DNA of 64,000 nucleotides from Lingula anatina (GCA_051362555.1 CM120648.1:17604587-17668586), one strand, 5' to 3'; positions 1 through 14,500 are shown, counted from the first letter of the stretch. Notes: generated by a model from the sequence alone, not told the origin. Made by a program: numbers and translations.

Positions 1-55
1 GGTTTGTACAGAGAGGAGCATTAATGCAGTAGATTAGCAGCATGATAGAAGCATG

Positions 56-561
56 TATATTCTTCATAAAGTATCCTAAAAGAAAAGATGTCAGAGTGAT
101 CATCAAATATCAAATAAATAGTTTTTTTTATAGGGGAGTCATTGGGTGTTAAAATACAAATCCTTAATTTTTCTTATTTTTCATGTGTTTTTTTTTTCAC
201 ACAATTTCTTACCATCAAACTTTCAAATACTTTCAAAATATTCTTCATAAAGTATCCTCAAAGAAAAGATATCAGAATGATAATCAAATATCAAATAAAT
301 AGCTTTTTCATAGGGGAGTCCTTGGGTGGTAAAATACAAATCTTTAATTTTTAATTTTTATTTTTTCATAAAAAATGTTCACCTGCAAACTAAAAAAAGT
401 GCCAATGTGTCCTCCATTATGCATACTACAAGATCACAGTCATATACTCAAATTAAATGAGATTTATGAATTTATGTGGAAGGGGAGTCAAATTTTCATG
501 GGAGGAGTCAGATTTTCATTATGAAAATCTGACTGGGGGAGTCAGATTTTCATGTTACACC
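56..561. mobile_element. End of a non-autonomous DNA transposon-like repeat with GGGGAGTC sub-repeats; inverted copy at ~36272-36660
   Basis: Repeated ggggagtca motifs end in catgttacacc. The reverse-complement copy starts ggtgtaccatg...gactcccc at 36272. Confidence 0.6.
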
Positions 562-1047
562 GCTCCCTTGCTCCCTTTATCTCCACCTGGTCGAGTATAC
601 AATGTGTATGGAACATGCGGAAAAATCATTAGCGCAGTCTATCAGGTATATAATAATGATAGATTTAAAATGATATCTGCATATCAGGTGACCAAGGTGA
701 CCGATTATTCATAAATAATAATTTCTCCAGGTCCTGAATCTTTCACAGGCAGATTTCATTGACCATACCGATAGTCATAGCACAAATGATATTGCTTGTG
801 TAAAGCATTTGATAGCAAAGATATTTGAGGTAACATAAGACTTATTTATCCCAAGTGGAAGTAAAATATCAAGGGACCGGGCCTCAGAGGCCCGGTTTCC
901 AGGAAACGGGACTAACTTTTGGAAAAGTAAATTTCTACATATGGTGTAAATAATTTCAAAACTAATTATTTATCCATTGATCGGGTATAAGTTGCCAGAG
1001 GATTGCATGAAAGGAACAGGCTCAAACCCTGATGCGAACGAAGAGAG

Positions 1048-1312
1048 CCCGCACGAAAATGCAGTAGCATCGATATAGCAAAGAAACATTAACGCAGTAA
1101 TGGTGTGAAGCATATTTGCAGTAGAAATGCAGTATAGCCTACTGCAATTCTACTCCAAAAAGTGCATAGGTTTGTACCGAGAGGAGCATTAATGCAGTAG
1201 ATTAGCAGCATGATAGAAGCATGTTTTAAATATGCTAATTAGCTCCCAAAGCGAAGCAGGTTTGAAGCATGATTGCAGCATGACTGCAATATCTACTGCG
1301 TTTTCATGCGGG
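1048..1312. mobile_element. MITE with CCCGCA termini (EnSpm/CACTA-like class uncertain)
   Basis: TIR cccgcacgaaaatgcagtag...ctactgcgttttcatgcggg with AG on both flanks. A second copy is at 46034-46440 and a fragment at 1-55. Confidence 0.75.
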
Positions 1313-2367
1313 AGAGCAAAAGATACATGGGTCCGGGCCTGCGAGGCCCCTGAAAGGTGGATGAGGGTTAATGTTCGAACATGCCAACAGCAGGTGGAGT
1401 GAATAGATGGATCTTACATTTCTTACTGCTGGGTGTTAAGAAGCTAACTGATCAAATGTTTTAAAAGCTGCAATTGCATTTTAAAAACTAAAACAAAAAT
1501 CTCAAACAATTGGATTTTAATTTAAAAATTGTAGTCCTTAATTGGCTGACTTCAATATGAATGACACAGTTAACTATTGATGAAAGACAAGATAGTTTAT
1601 CCAGAGTTCCGGCTAGCTGTTATAAATGTGGTTGAAGGAGAGAGTATCAAACGTAGCAGCAATATGTATGTAGATAGCGTTTTAAAGAGTAAATAAAATT
1701 GTGCCTTTGTCATAGCATTGTTTAGATTATTACCAATGATTTGTAAGAATCAGCTAAAACCACAGCAGATATTCTCAACATCTAAATCGAAAATTTCAAA
1801 ATATACCAATGACAGGTAGTTTTCACCTAATATTGCAGTGTTTGTCCTACGAGAAAACTTAAGTCAAAGCAACTAAGTTTAGGTATCAGGTAAAAACCTA
1901 ATGTTATTCTGAGAACAAATAAAACAGATAAAGATTTAAAAGAAAAGTTCTAATTGAATATTGATCGGCATACAGTTTTTTGCTGTCTTTGATCACCTGC
2001 TCATGCTTTTGTATTTTCATATGTTGTTACTGTAAAGTAAGAGACCGTGAGAGTAAAGATATGTAGTTGGGTCTGCGAATGTGCACCTTATCAACAGATT
2101 ATATCTCGTATTTCGAATAATAGTGGCAATATATTTAATGAAGTAATCTCTGTCTAGTTGGGTTTACGTGATTCTAGATTTATACATGATGGACCAACTG
2201 TTTAAAAAAATACTCTAACCAATATGGTATCTTATTATTCAAATAAATTAAAGGGACAATAATTCTTCGTTTTGGAAAAAAAAAAAAGAATTTTCCAGGA
2301 GTAAACAACAATTTTCCCATACTCACCAATAGTAAATGAATCCATTTTTACATTCAAAGTAAGTCCC

Positions 2368-2368
<1 letters not shown>

Positions 2369-2426
<58 letters not shown>

Positions 2427-2427
2427 C
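2369..2427. repeat. Poly-T tract
   Basis: About 58 consecutive T. Confidence 0.95.
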
Positions 2428-2677
2428 TTAAAAGATTTTTGTTATTATCTCTTAAGGTCACAAACTCTTAAGAGATTATAACAGAATATAGCCACCAATG
2501 GAGGTCACGTGGTCTAAAGACTAAAGCTAAGATATCAGAATAATAGCTATAACTGCCATTTTTTGTGGTAAAACGGAATATATTATTTTCTTCACAATGT
2601 TTTTTTTGTGAAATATAGATCTCATACGAAGAGTTATTATCCCTTTAACCCCTAGACAAGTATAAATATATAAAATA

Positions 2678-5600
2678 TCAAACATACCCATATACGTGTA
2701 GGGATGTATGGCTTGTAACAGACACATGATGTGGTGTATTACTACTGAGAGCATTGTCCTGGACAATCACATGCTTCCGTGGCTTAGTACTGAAACCATT
2801 GTCCTGGACAGACACATGCTGTGGTGGCTTACTACTGAAGCCATTGTCCTGGACAGACACATGCTGTGGTGGCTTAGCACTGGAACCATTGTCATGGACA
2901 GACATATGCTGTGGTGGCTTAGTACTGGAACCATTATCTTGGACAGAGACATGCTGTGGTGGCTTACTACTGAAGCCATTGTCCTGGACAGACACATGCT
3001 GTGGTGTCTTAGTACTGTAACCATTGTCCTGGACAGACACATGCTGTGGTGGCTTCGTACTGGAATCATTGTCCTGGACAGACATATGCTGTGGTGGCTT
3101 ACTACTGGAACTATTGTCCCGGACAGACGCATGCTGTCGTGGCTTAGTACTGGAACTATTGTCCTGGATTGAGAAATGCTGTGGTGGTATACTACTGAAA
3201 CCATTGTAGTGGGCAGACACTTGCTGTGGTGGTTTACTACTGGAACTATGGTCCTGGACAGACACATGCTGTTGTGGCTTAGTAATGAAACCATTGTCCT
3301 GGACAGACACATGCTGTGGTGGCTTAGTACTGGAACCATTGTTCTGGACAGTCACATGCTGTGGTGGCTTACTACTTAATCCATTGTCCTGGACAGACAC
3401 ATGATGTGAAAGTTGACTACTGAAACCATTGACCTGGACAGACACATGTTGTGGTGGTTTACTACTGGAACCATTGTCCTGGACAGACACATGCTGTGGT
3501 GGCTTAGTACTGAAACCATTGTCCTGGACAGACACATGCTGTGGTGGCTTACTACTGGAATCATTGTCCTGGACAGATACATGTTGTGGTGGTTTACTAC
3601 TGGAATCATTGTCCTGGACAGACACATGCTGTGGTGGCTTACTACTGGAATCATTGTCCTGGACAGACACATGCTGTGGTGGTTTACTACTGGAATCATT
3701 GTCCTGGACAGACACATGCTGTGGTGGCTTACTACTGGAATCATTGTCCTGGACAGACACATGCTGTGGTGGTTTACTACTGGAATCATTGTCCTGGACA
3801 GACACATGCTGTGGTGGCTTACTACTGGAACCATTGTCCTGGACAGACACATGTTGTGGTGGCTTACTACTGGAACCATTGTACTGGACAGACACATGCT
3901 GTGGTGGCTTACTACTGGAACTATTGTCCTGGACAGACACATGTTGTGGTGGCTTACTACTGGAACCATTGTACTGGACAGACACATGCTGTGATGGCTT
4001 ACTACTGGAACCATTGTACTGGACAGACACATGCTGTGGTGGCTTACTACTGGAACTATTGTCCTGGACAGACACATGTTGTGGTGGCTTACTACTGGAA
4101 CCATTGTACTGGACAGACACATGCTGTGATGGCTTACTACTGGAACCATTGTACTGGACAGACACATGCTGTGGTGGCTTAGTAATGGAACTATTGTCAT
4201 GGAGAGACACATGCTGTGGTGGCTTAGTACTGGAACCATTGTCCTGGACAGACACAAGTTGTGGTGGCTTAGAACTGGAACCATTCTCTTGGACAGACAC
4301 ATGTTGTGGTGGCTCAGAACTGGAACCATTGTCCTGGACAGACACATGTTGTGGTGGCTTACTACTGAAACCATTGTCCTGGACAGACAAATGTTGTGGT
4401 GGTTTAATACTGGAACAATTGTACTGGACAGACACTTGTTGTGGTGGCTTACTATTGGAACCATTGTCCTGGACAGACACATGTTGTGGTGGCTTTCTAC
4501 TGAAACCATTGTACTGGACACACAATTGTTGTGGTGGCTTAGTACTGGAACCATTGTCCTGGACAGACACATGTTGTGGTGGCTTACTACTGGAACCATT
4601 GTCCTGGACAGACACATGTTGTGGTGTCTTACTACTGAAACCATTGTCCTGGACAGACACTTGTTGTGGTGGCTTACTACTGAAACCATTGTCCTGGACA
4701 GACACATGTTGTGGTGGTTTACTTCTGGAATCATTGTCCTGGACAGACACATGTTGTGATGGTTTACTACTGGAACCATTGTCCTGGACAGACACATGTT
4801 GTGATGGTTTACTACTGGAATCATTGTCCTGGACAGACACATGCTGTGGTGGCTTACTACTGGAATCATTGTCCTGGACAGACACATGTTGTGGTGGCTT
4901 ACTACTTGAACCATTGTACTGGACAGACACATGTTGTGGTGGCTTAGTACTGGAACCATTGTCCTGGACAGACACATGCTGTGATGGTTTACTACTGGAA
5001 CCATTGTACTGGACAGACACATGTTGTGATGGTTTACTACTGGAATCATTGTCCTGGACAGACACATGCTGTGGTGGCTTACTACTGGAACCATTGTCCT
5101 GGACAGACACATGCTGTGGTGGCTTACTTCTTAATCCATTGTCCTGGACAGACACATGCTGTGGTGGCTTACTACTTAATCCATTGTCGTGGACAGACAT
5201 ATGTTGTGGTGGCTTAGTACTGGAACTATTGTCATGGAGAGACACATGTTGTGGTGGCTTAGTACTATAACCATTGTCCTGGACAGACACAAGTTGTGGT
5301 GGCTTAGAACTGGAACCATTGTCTTGGACAGACACATGCTGTGGTGGCTTACTACTGAAACCATTGTCCTGGACAGACAAATGTTGTGGAGGTTTAATAC
5401 TGGAACCATTGTACTGGACAGACACATGTTGTGGTGGCTTACTACTGGAACCATTGTACTGGACAGACACATGCTGTGGTGGCTTACTACTGGAACCATT
5501 GTACTGGACAGACACATGCTGTGGTGGCTTACTACTGGAACCATTGTACTGGACAGACACATGCTGTGGTGGCTTACTACTGGAACCATTGTACTGGACA

Positions 5601-8115
5601 GACACATGCTGTGGTGGCTTAGAACTGGAATCCTTGTCCTGGACAGACACATGCTGTGGTGGCTTAGTACTGGAACCATTGTCCTGGACAGACACATGCT
5701 GTGGTGGCTTACTACTTAATCCATTGTCGTGGACAGACATATGTTGTGGTGGCTTAGTACTGGAACTATTGTCATGGAGAGACACATGTTGTGGTGGCTT
5801 AGTACTATAACCATTGTCCTGGACAGACACAAGTTGTGGTGGCTTGGAAGTGGAACCATTGTCCTGGACAGACACTTGTTGTGGTGGCTTACTACTGGAA
5901 CCATTGTCCTGGACAGACACATGTTGTGGTGGCTTACTACAGGAAACATTGGCCTGGACAGACACTTGTTGTGGTGGCTTACTACTGAAACCTTTGTCCT
6001 GGACAGACAGTTGTTGTGGTGGCTTACAACTGGAATCATTGTCCTGGACAGACACATGCTGTGGTGGCTTAGTACTGGAACCATTGTCATGGACAGACAC
6101 ATGCTGTTGTGGCTTACTACTGAAACCATTGTCCTGGACAGACACTTGTTGTGGTGGCTTACTACTGAAACCATTGTCCTGGACAGACACTTGTTGTGGT
6201 GGATTACAACTGGAACCAATGTCCTGGACAGACACATGCTGTGGTGGTTTACTACTGGAACCATTGTACTGGACAGACACATGCTGTGGTGGCTTACTAC
6301 TGGAACCATTGTCCTGGACAGACACATGCTGTGGTGGCTTACTACTGGAACCATTGTCCTGGACAGACACATGCTGTGTTTGCTTAGTACTGGAAGTATT
6401 GTCCTGGACAGACACATGCTGTGGTGTTTTACTACTGGAACCATTGTACTGGACAGACACATGCTGTGATGGTTTGCTACTGGAACCATTGTCCTGGACA
6501 GACACATGTGTTGATGGTTTACTACTGGAACCATTGTCCTGGACAGACACATGTTGTGGTGGTTTACTCCTGGAACCATTGTACTGGACATACACATGTT
6601 GTGGTGGCTTAGTACTTGAACCATTGTACTGGACATACACATGTTGTGGTGGCTTAGTACTGGAACCATTGTCCTGGACAGACACATGCTGTGGTGGCTT
6701 ACTTCTTAATCCATTGTCCTGGACAGACATATGTTGTGGTGGCTTAGTACTGGAACTATTGTCATGGAGAGACACATGTTGTGGTGGCTTAGTACTATAA
6801 CCATTGTCCTGGACAGACACAAGTTGTGGTGGCTTAGAACTGGAACCATTGTCTTGGACAGACACATGCTGTGGTGGCTTACTACTGAAACCATTGTCCT
6901 GGACAGACAAATGTTGTGGAGGTTTAATACTGGAACCATTGTACTGGACAGACACATGTTGTGGTGGCTTACTACTGGAACCATTGTACTGGACAGACAC
7001 ATGTTGTGGTGGCTTACTACTGGAACCATTGTCCTGGACAGACACATGTTGTGGTGGTTTACTACTGGAACCATTGTACTGGACAGACACATGCTGTGGT
7101 GGCTTACTACTGGAACCATTGTCCTGGACAGACACTTGTTGTGGTGGCTTACTACTGAAACCTTTGTCCTGGACAGACAGTTGTTGTGGTGGCTTACAAC
7201 TGGAATCATTGTCCTGGACAGACACATGCTGTGGTGGCTTAGTACTGGAACCATTGTCATGGACAGACACATGCTGTTGTGGCTTACTACTGGAACCATT
7301 GTCCTGGACAGACACATGCTGTGTTTGCTTAGTACTGGAAGTATTGTCCTGGACAGACACATGCTGTGGTGTTTTACTACTGGAACCATTGTACTGGACA
7401 GACACATGCTGTGGTGGCTTACTACTGGAACTATTGTCCTGGACAGACACAGGTTGTGGTGGCTTAGTACTGGAACCATCGTTTTGAAGAGACATTTGCA
7501 GTAAAACCTGAATAGACACATCCTTCAGTGGTCTACTACTGAAACCAATGTCCTGGACAGACACTTGCTCTGGTGCCGTACTGCCAGAACCATCATCTAA
7601 GATAAACTCAAGCCGTGACAGTTTTCTACTAGAACCATCGTTTTGAACAGACATTTGCAGTGAAACTTGCATAGACACATGCATTGGTGGCTTACTACTG
7701 GAACCATTGTCCTGGACAGACACATGTAGTGGTGGCTTACTACTGGAACCATTGTACTGGACAGACACATGTAGTGGTGGCTTAGTACTGGAACCATTGT
7801 ACTGGACAGACACATGTAGTGGTGGCTTACTACTGGAACCATTGTCCTGGACAGACACATGCTGTGGTGGCTTATTACTGGAACCATTGTACTGGACAGA
7901 CACATGCTGTGGTGGCTTACTACTGGAACTATTGTCCTGGACAGACACATGCTTTGGTGGGTCTCTACTTGAAACATTGTCCTGGACAAACACATGCTGT
8001 GAAAGCTTACTATTAGAACCATCGTTTAGATGAGTCATTTGTAATGTCCTTGCAATGGAACCATTTTCCCGGTCGCCCTGGCTGTCACCAGTGGTACTTT
8101 CTTCTCGTTTTGAGC
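2678..8115 (-). CDS. Exon 9 (giant tandem-repeat exon) of the chimeric IAP-derived gene; encodes ~118 copies of a 15-aa Ser/Pro/Gln/Val-rich repeat
   Basis: This is the only frame open across 5.4 kb (ORF 2678..8176). A minus-strand acceptor ctgttttattgtttatcag|GCTCA at 8116/8115 is phase 1 and matches the exon 8 donor. The exon ends at stop 2678 or at a possible donor TATGG|gtatgt at 2688/2687. Confidence 0.8.
2715..8030. repeat. 45-bp coding minisatellite, ~118 units, with higher-order block duplications
   Basis: Plus-strand consensus ccattgtcctggacagacacatgctgtggtggcttactactggaa is in register every 45 nt. Multi-unit variant blocks recur (e.g. ~5210-5420 vs ~6730-6950; ~5980-6120 vs ~7140-7280). 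Confidence 0.97.
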
Positions 8116-8213
8116 CTGATAAACAATAAAACAGTGTTATTAGGATGGATTGAACACCTACCAATTCTGTCTGCATGTATGCATATTTGGATAAGATAAT
8201 ACAATAGCATTAA

Positions 8214-8680
8214 CCCCATAGAGCCCGTCACCGCATATGTGCGGTTCAATTATCGCTTACGCCAAAAGCCCAGAACCGCATATGTGCGTATGTAGGAAAG
8301 ATCGGCTTCTGTACTCTTTTGTATCGTGAGTCATGAAATGATATATAGTTTAACATCCGGGTATGTTTCTTTTGTCTCATTGCCACCATTTTTAAGGGTG
8401 ATAGAAATATATATGAGCGAGAAAACGGCGATTTTCAAGACTTAGTTGGAAAAAGTAAAGTCAAGATGGCGACTCCTCGCTACGGTAGGGACCTGCGAAG
8501 GGTTATTGTTATTGAAATGATTGAAAACCCGGACTTTGATGAGATTTTTCGTGTAACAGTGGCATAGACAGTGACGATGATATTCATTTATTTATGATAT
8601 AAAGGACGATAGAAATATATATATGAGCGAGAAATCGGCGATTTTCTAGACTTAGCTGGAGAAAGTAAAATCAAAATGGC
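8214..8680 (+). mobile_element. 5' end of a piggyBac-like element (truncated)
   Basis: TTAA|CCCC start, subterminal repeats ccgcatatgtgcg, caagatggcg, and an internal direct duplication (~8400-8470 and ~8608-8680). No right end found. Confidence 0.45.
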
Positions 8681-9180
8681 AAACAAACAAACAGACAAAC
8701 AGGGGTGAAAACATTACCTCCCAGGCGGAGGTAGTACTCCAAACAGCTGATATAATCCGAGTCAACCAATTTTTTCTTCTATACAGATATTCCCTTAGGA
8801 TAAACTGAGATAACTTCCTCTCCTACGGAGATATCCTGTTAGCATAACTTATAATAACCTATGAGAATAACCTAAGGAAACATGTTCCTTTATAGAGATA
8901 GCCCATTAAGATAAACTTAAGAGATAACTTAGGATAATATGCTTTCTTATAGAGATAACAGAGAAAACAAATCATAAAAACTACTTGCACAAAGAGTACA
9001 AAATAATACAGTAACGGAAACGGTTAATCTATCGCGGGAGAAGTACGGGTAGGATCTAAAGAAAGAACATAAGTTCGAAATAGCAACTACTGGTTACTGT
9101 TAAATATTAAACTGTTAAATGTTTTAAACTGCATAAGGCACCGTTTAATGAAAGACGGGTTATCCTCACAGGGGCTCCCT

Positions 9181-9182
9181 AA

Positions 9183-9216
<34 letters not shown>
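9181..9216. repeat. (AAAT)n microsatellite
   Basis: Direct reading. Confidence 0.9.
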
Positions 9217-9217
<1 letters not shown>

Positions 9218-9549
9218 AAAAATCCAATTCACTGGCACTAGCCGTCAAATAGAATTTCGGTATATCAACAAATCTCGCTAATTGTCAAGATTGGTGTAAA
9301 AATTGCTCCGAAGGGGGAAAAAGCATGAAACTTAGCACAAATATTCTTTGGACTATGCTGATCATTTTCAAGGGTAGTGCCAAAAATGCCAAAGCATTGT
9401 TTAGCAACCGTTGCTAGGGAAATGATTTACCTTAGTAACAAGCTAATTGAACCTTTCTTGTCTAGTTTAAAATATTTAGAAAGGCTTTTATAATGTTTCA
9501 GGCCATCAGAACTCTCATTATATTAATTTTAGCCATTAAAATCCCAAAA

Positions 9550-10280
9550 TAAACAATTGCAACTATATATATATATCACAAATTCATAAAATAAGCGTAA
9601 GTATGGAATATCCTATTATTTATTCTGTATTGTAGCTTCTTCAGTTTCGTGTGATCTGATTCTTAAATGTTAGTTGCAAATTATCGGTACTCAATTTTCC
9701 CATTCACCTACACTATTTTAGTAATACTACATGGAGCTATGTGTAATTTCCTTCCAAGGAAGAGCTACCCATTCAGTTGGATATTGAATTAGTCCAAAAG
9801 TTCGTGTTAAGGTGGATTTTTGGTGAGTTCCTCTAGAGGAAGGAACTCTCAAATGTCATTTATAATATCATTGGTGTAAAAAAAAAACAGTTTTACACCA
9901 TATTTTATGAAAATAGTTTTTCCATTTCTTTCAATTTTTGAGTTCTGACACACTGGTTGTGATATGATTTCAACTGGGGTTAAACTGGGATTTTCCTGAA
10001 TTTCGCTCAAAGAATCAATAATGTTTTGCCAAAAGGGATTAGAAATTGCTTTCAATGTTTTTATTCCCCATTTTCTTACTCCCGATTTCTGAAAGTTCAC
10101 TGAGAAATGCGCGTTCCACTTACTCTTCTTTTCTTTTTTCAGGAAGTTTTTTTTATTTATTTTCTTTTCCAAATTTTAGGGCCTTGGTAAAAATTTTATT
10201 AGCGGTACCTTTTACCCCCAATTTTTGTAATCAGACGTCATCCTTGCTCATTTTATTTTATCTCTTCTCCCATTCCTGAT
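9550..10280 (-). mobile_element. Degenerate LINE (L1/Tx1-like) ORF2 C-terminal fragment
   Basis: ORF 9849..10172 has NPFWQNIIDSL...QPVCQNSKI...INDI, resembling the post-RT region of Tx1-like elements. Degenerate. Confidence 0.45.
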
Positions 10281-11577
10281 AAAGTTCAATACAATAGGCA
10301 TAGTTTTAAGTATGTATGGAGGGGAGGCTGTAAACGGAGTTTATATATGCATTTATATGCGTAATACTAAACAATTAAAGGGACAAAAAATAGGATTAAA
10401 AACGCATTTTTAGTGCATGGATTGCTTCTTATTTAACTTGTCTGAGAACAATTGCTATGGGTAAAGCATAAAATGGCAGGTAAATGGCCTTAATCAATAT
10501 CGAAAAAAGAATCATATTCACCGTCCACTTTCGAACCCCGGGCGTCAGCCATCTTGACACAGTTTGAAATAACGCGGCATCTCGACTCAGATATGAGATG
10601 TAAACAATGCAGACAGCATGTCTCACTCGACTGCGAAGGTGAGCGTGGGCGAGAAGAAGAGGAATTGTTCACAGAATCTTTGCAGGTAAGCGGGTTATAG
10701 TCACTATATGTGCTTTAAAATGGGAAGGTGGCAGGAAATAAAAATATCTAGCAGTGGAAGTTTAAAAGCGTAAATAACTGCTACATTTCCTCGGATAACG
10801 CACTCGCAGTCCCCAAACCACTCGCACTGCTTACTACGTAGTTACATGAAGCATGGTAGTGCACTTTGACCCTGAGGTATATAGTTCTGTAAACCAGGAG
10901 GAATACCGTTTTCTGCTCAATGTGGTCATCTACCAGTACTTGCAGACGAACCTCACACCATATTCCCGCAGGGGAATCCCATGAGATATACAATGTAACT
11001 CGAGTACTACATACTAGTTGAGATAGAGGGTGTTCTTTGTACAACACGTAACTCATTTGTTAATGTATTAATATTGTCAGATAAGATAAGATAAGAGTTT
11101 ATTTAGCCAATTATAACAAGGCAGCAAAGCTGTCAAATGTACAGACAAAAAACAGAAAATAGAGATGCAAAAAAGGTCATTTTGTCAATTTTGATGCAAT
11201 AATAAATAATGCTTATAATAGCACTGTCAGTCAACACTGAATTTTAATCATGCACAACAGGTAAAATGGTCAATAACATGAGCGGACCTAGAGATATTTT
11301 CTGACAGTATTCCAAAGTATCTATTTTGATCCATCCTCCATTTTGATGGTCTTCTAACAGAAAAAAAATAGACATCAATATAAACTTAATAACTGACTGT
11401 CTTCCGAAAGACCCAGAAGATGGTCTCAATTCACCCCTTCAATAAGATTACAGTTTCAGGACCATGAGAGTTCAAATTCACATGATGAAAATCTCATTCA
11501 AAATGATGACAGTGCATAAAATGATATTACATAAGTAACATAATGTTTAAAGACATAAAAAACAATACAACTGCTTA

Positions 11578-14500
11578 CAGTAGTAATAAAAATTAAGTTT
11601 CCGTTGTACGACGTTTTAAAAACGTCAGAAAGGTTTTAATCCCTATACTATGAATAGAAGGGGGCGGACAAACAATGGAGAGCCGTCTAATCCCTTCAAA
11701 ATTCGAACGCCAAAACACAATAGTTTAGACGTAATAACACACAATACCTTAGGCGAGTGAACCCCATGACGCCTGTTTCTGTGGTCCAGCGCGAGCGCGA
11801 CAATCCGCTGTGACTAGGTGTAATTAACAGCAGGATACATCAGCCAGAAAGTGCCCATTGTTTGTTGCGGCGATAGGATTATACTCCCGTGGCCACCTAT
11901 CCTTTTGTTCACTAGCTTGGCACACGCAGCTGATCATGTTTTAAGTGTTGCAAGAAAACTGCTAGTTTAATTTAGTATCAGTTTTTTAATTCAACATGAA
12001 GTGTTCTGTTGTCAAAAATTGAATTTGATAGACATGCATCAACATCGTACATCAGCATGATCAACAAATCACCCCGTCTCAAAAAGTTTAAAGATGCTGC
12101 GTACACAAATTTCCATCATCGCTACCTGTGTAAAAATACATTACTGTTTAGAGATAACAAAGAAAGAAACATCATTAAAACAATTTATTCACATTACAAG
12201 CTGGCGTGTTGCCTCAATTACTACATTAAGTTACATTTTATATAAAATAATAGAGCGAATCCGTAAAAGGATAATAATAGAAAGTCTTAATAAATAAATA
12301 AATAAACAGGCCCACAGCCAGGCGGAGTTCGGGAGGATCGAAAAAAAAACCCTTTTGCTTAAAAAAGGCCCACTCTGGGTAAAGTTTGACATAAGTACAT
12401 GGGGATTTTTCGGTAAAAGGTCCACTTTTTCAGAAAAAGACACTCCCCCTTTAAAATTGCTGGCTACGGGCTTGATAAATTAATAAATAAAAATGTTATT
12501 TAAAGAATAAAGTAAATAATTAGGTTACATTAAGAATCAAATAAAAAATAGATAAAAATTAGATGATTTAAATCATTAAATTAAATTAATAAATAATAAA
12601 TAAATTATGATTTAATAATTGAATTAATAAATCGCTGTGAAGAAATAATCATTGTCGCAGCTAACGCGGTGAGTGTCAACCCATTATCAGGGCCATAACT
12701 TATAACTCCTTGATTCAACGTACTTTCATAAACATGTAGTGTGACCACACTTTCAGCCACCCTCCTTGTTGCACGTTGCAAGCGATTTGTCTCATAACTA
12801 TGACAAGGCGTTCTTTTTTCTTGTTGTTGTTTAAAAACGGACAACTTTGTCAAGGCTAATTGCTTAGCTCCCTGCGCGTCATATGTACTTAGCTCTTTGC
12901 GCGACCTATGTAAACGCTAAGATATGAATGTTAGACCGGGTAGTTGATTGTTTTGCCCGGGCGCCGCACTTATGCTTTCCTACTAGAGCGATCTAGAACA
13001 AGTCGCTAGTTTGTTCTGTTTGTAACTGTAGCAAAATATGTTCGACATGCCGTTTCTGCACGACAGCCGGAGACACAGTAATTGTATAAGGCATGGTTTA
13101 AGCTTGTTCGAGAGATAATAACAGTCGCGTTTAACAAAAGATAGTAAGACCCCCTCCTCTTTAACTGATGTCACTGTTAATATTGACCGCACTTTCATAT
13201 ATTATGTAATACACTGTCAGACTTTCCCCTGTTGCACGTTGGCGTTGGATTGTACTTGTGCCTCTGTCAATGCACCTCATTTAGTTTAAATATTTTTACC
13301 GCATAAACCTTTGAGGTTAAGAGTTATTAGATTAGTAGTAGAAATAGGATGCTTAGACAAAAAGCTTCTAGTCAACTCGCTAAGACCTAGGGTGTGATGC
13401 TGCTATCATCCGAGGAAACACCTACACTGAATCCTCTACCTGAAGTCCCCCTAGCTGAAACAAAAAATGCCCCTTGAACCGGCCCATTTTTAAAGCGTCG
13501 AATCATTTTTGATATCATTGAGCGTTTAAGCGTAGGTTTATTCATCATGATCTATTTTGTAAACAATACTTGCCTAGATTTTACTTGGATTGATCATAGT
13601 CACTGTTTGGCTACTCGCCTATAATGCGTGCTGAATGACAGACAACTTTATCTGTGTTACTGTTTTTATGACCACGCTAAGTTAAAATAGAACGGTATCG
13701 GCGATTTAATCCATCCAACATATTTATATTTCTTCTTTTAAATCCAGGTTAACATCAAGTCAAAGCAAGCCTTGCAGATTGATTTTCACAATGCCCTGTG
13801 CTTTAGAGTCCCATGTTATACAATAAAATGAGTATGACCTGAGAGAAATATAAATATGAGGCCGTGTATGAAGATGTTTCAAATAATAAAAATCAAGAAT
13901 TTATACATGTTAGGTACATGCACATCACTTGATAAGTCATTTCACAAAAATGGCATCTAATTTTTCAGATAAACCCCCACTTTTATCGATCTCAACGCCT
14001 TGTCTGATGTTTACATGTAGGCGTATACTCCAATATTAAATGCGAACAATATCAATAGCGACTCGAGATCGTTGCCTGTTTTTCACACTTTAACACAAAC
14101 TCATGAAGGGTTAATAAAAGGATTCGCGTTGCGACATTCATCTCTTTCTTTCGAACAAGCAAATTAAGGGCTGACCCGAAGTGAGCTTTCATAACTAATT
14201 TCTCTTTGACTGTACAGGGGTATATTGTAATTACTCCACTTGGTCGCCTCCATTGTCTTGTAACATTGACAAAGAATATGTTTTCACACGCTAGTTTACA
14301 TAACTCCTTTGCCTTGTGTCTTTATCAAGGTTATAATCAGTTTGAATAGGTTGTCTTGCCTCACTTAAAAAGGGAGTTGTTCTTCACACTGGTTGTTGCC
14401 TACATTTGTGTAACTTATGCTAACCTACTTTGTACAAATATGGTTTTAATAAATCGCCAAAACTATGACACTAGTGAACATTGTGTATCAAACATTTTGA

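Noticed and set aside
2715-8030. CRISPR-like array
   Set aside because: Units are contiguous with no unique spacers, no cas genes are present, and the context is eukaryotic. It is a coding minisatellite.
2708-8033. Many overlapping ORFs (WTDTCCGG, MLWWLTTG, MCLSRTM, VVAYYWNH repeats)
   Set aside because: These are alternative-frame shadows of the 45-bp repeat, broken by stops and lacking splice support.
8116-8176. N-terminal MQTELVGVQSILITLFYCLS as a start codon or signal peptide of a single-exon gene
   Set aside because: It coincides with the polypyrimidine tract and AG acceptor at 8116, so it is more likely intronic. It cannot be fully excluded as an alternative start.
10376-10700. Promoter and first exon of a host gene (CAAGATGGCT, donor gcag|gtaag)
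   Set aside because: It begins with TTAAAGGG typical of transposon ends and no downstream exons were found. Probably a TE fragment.
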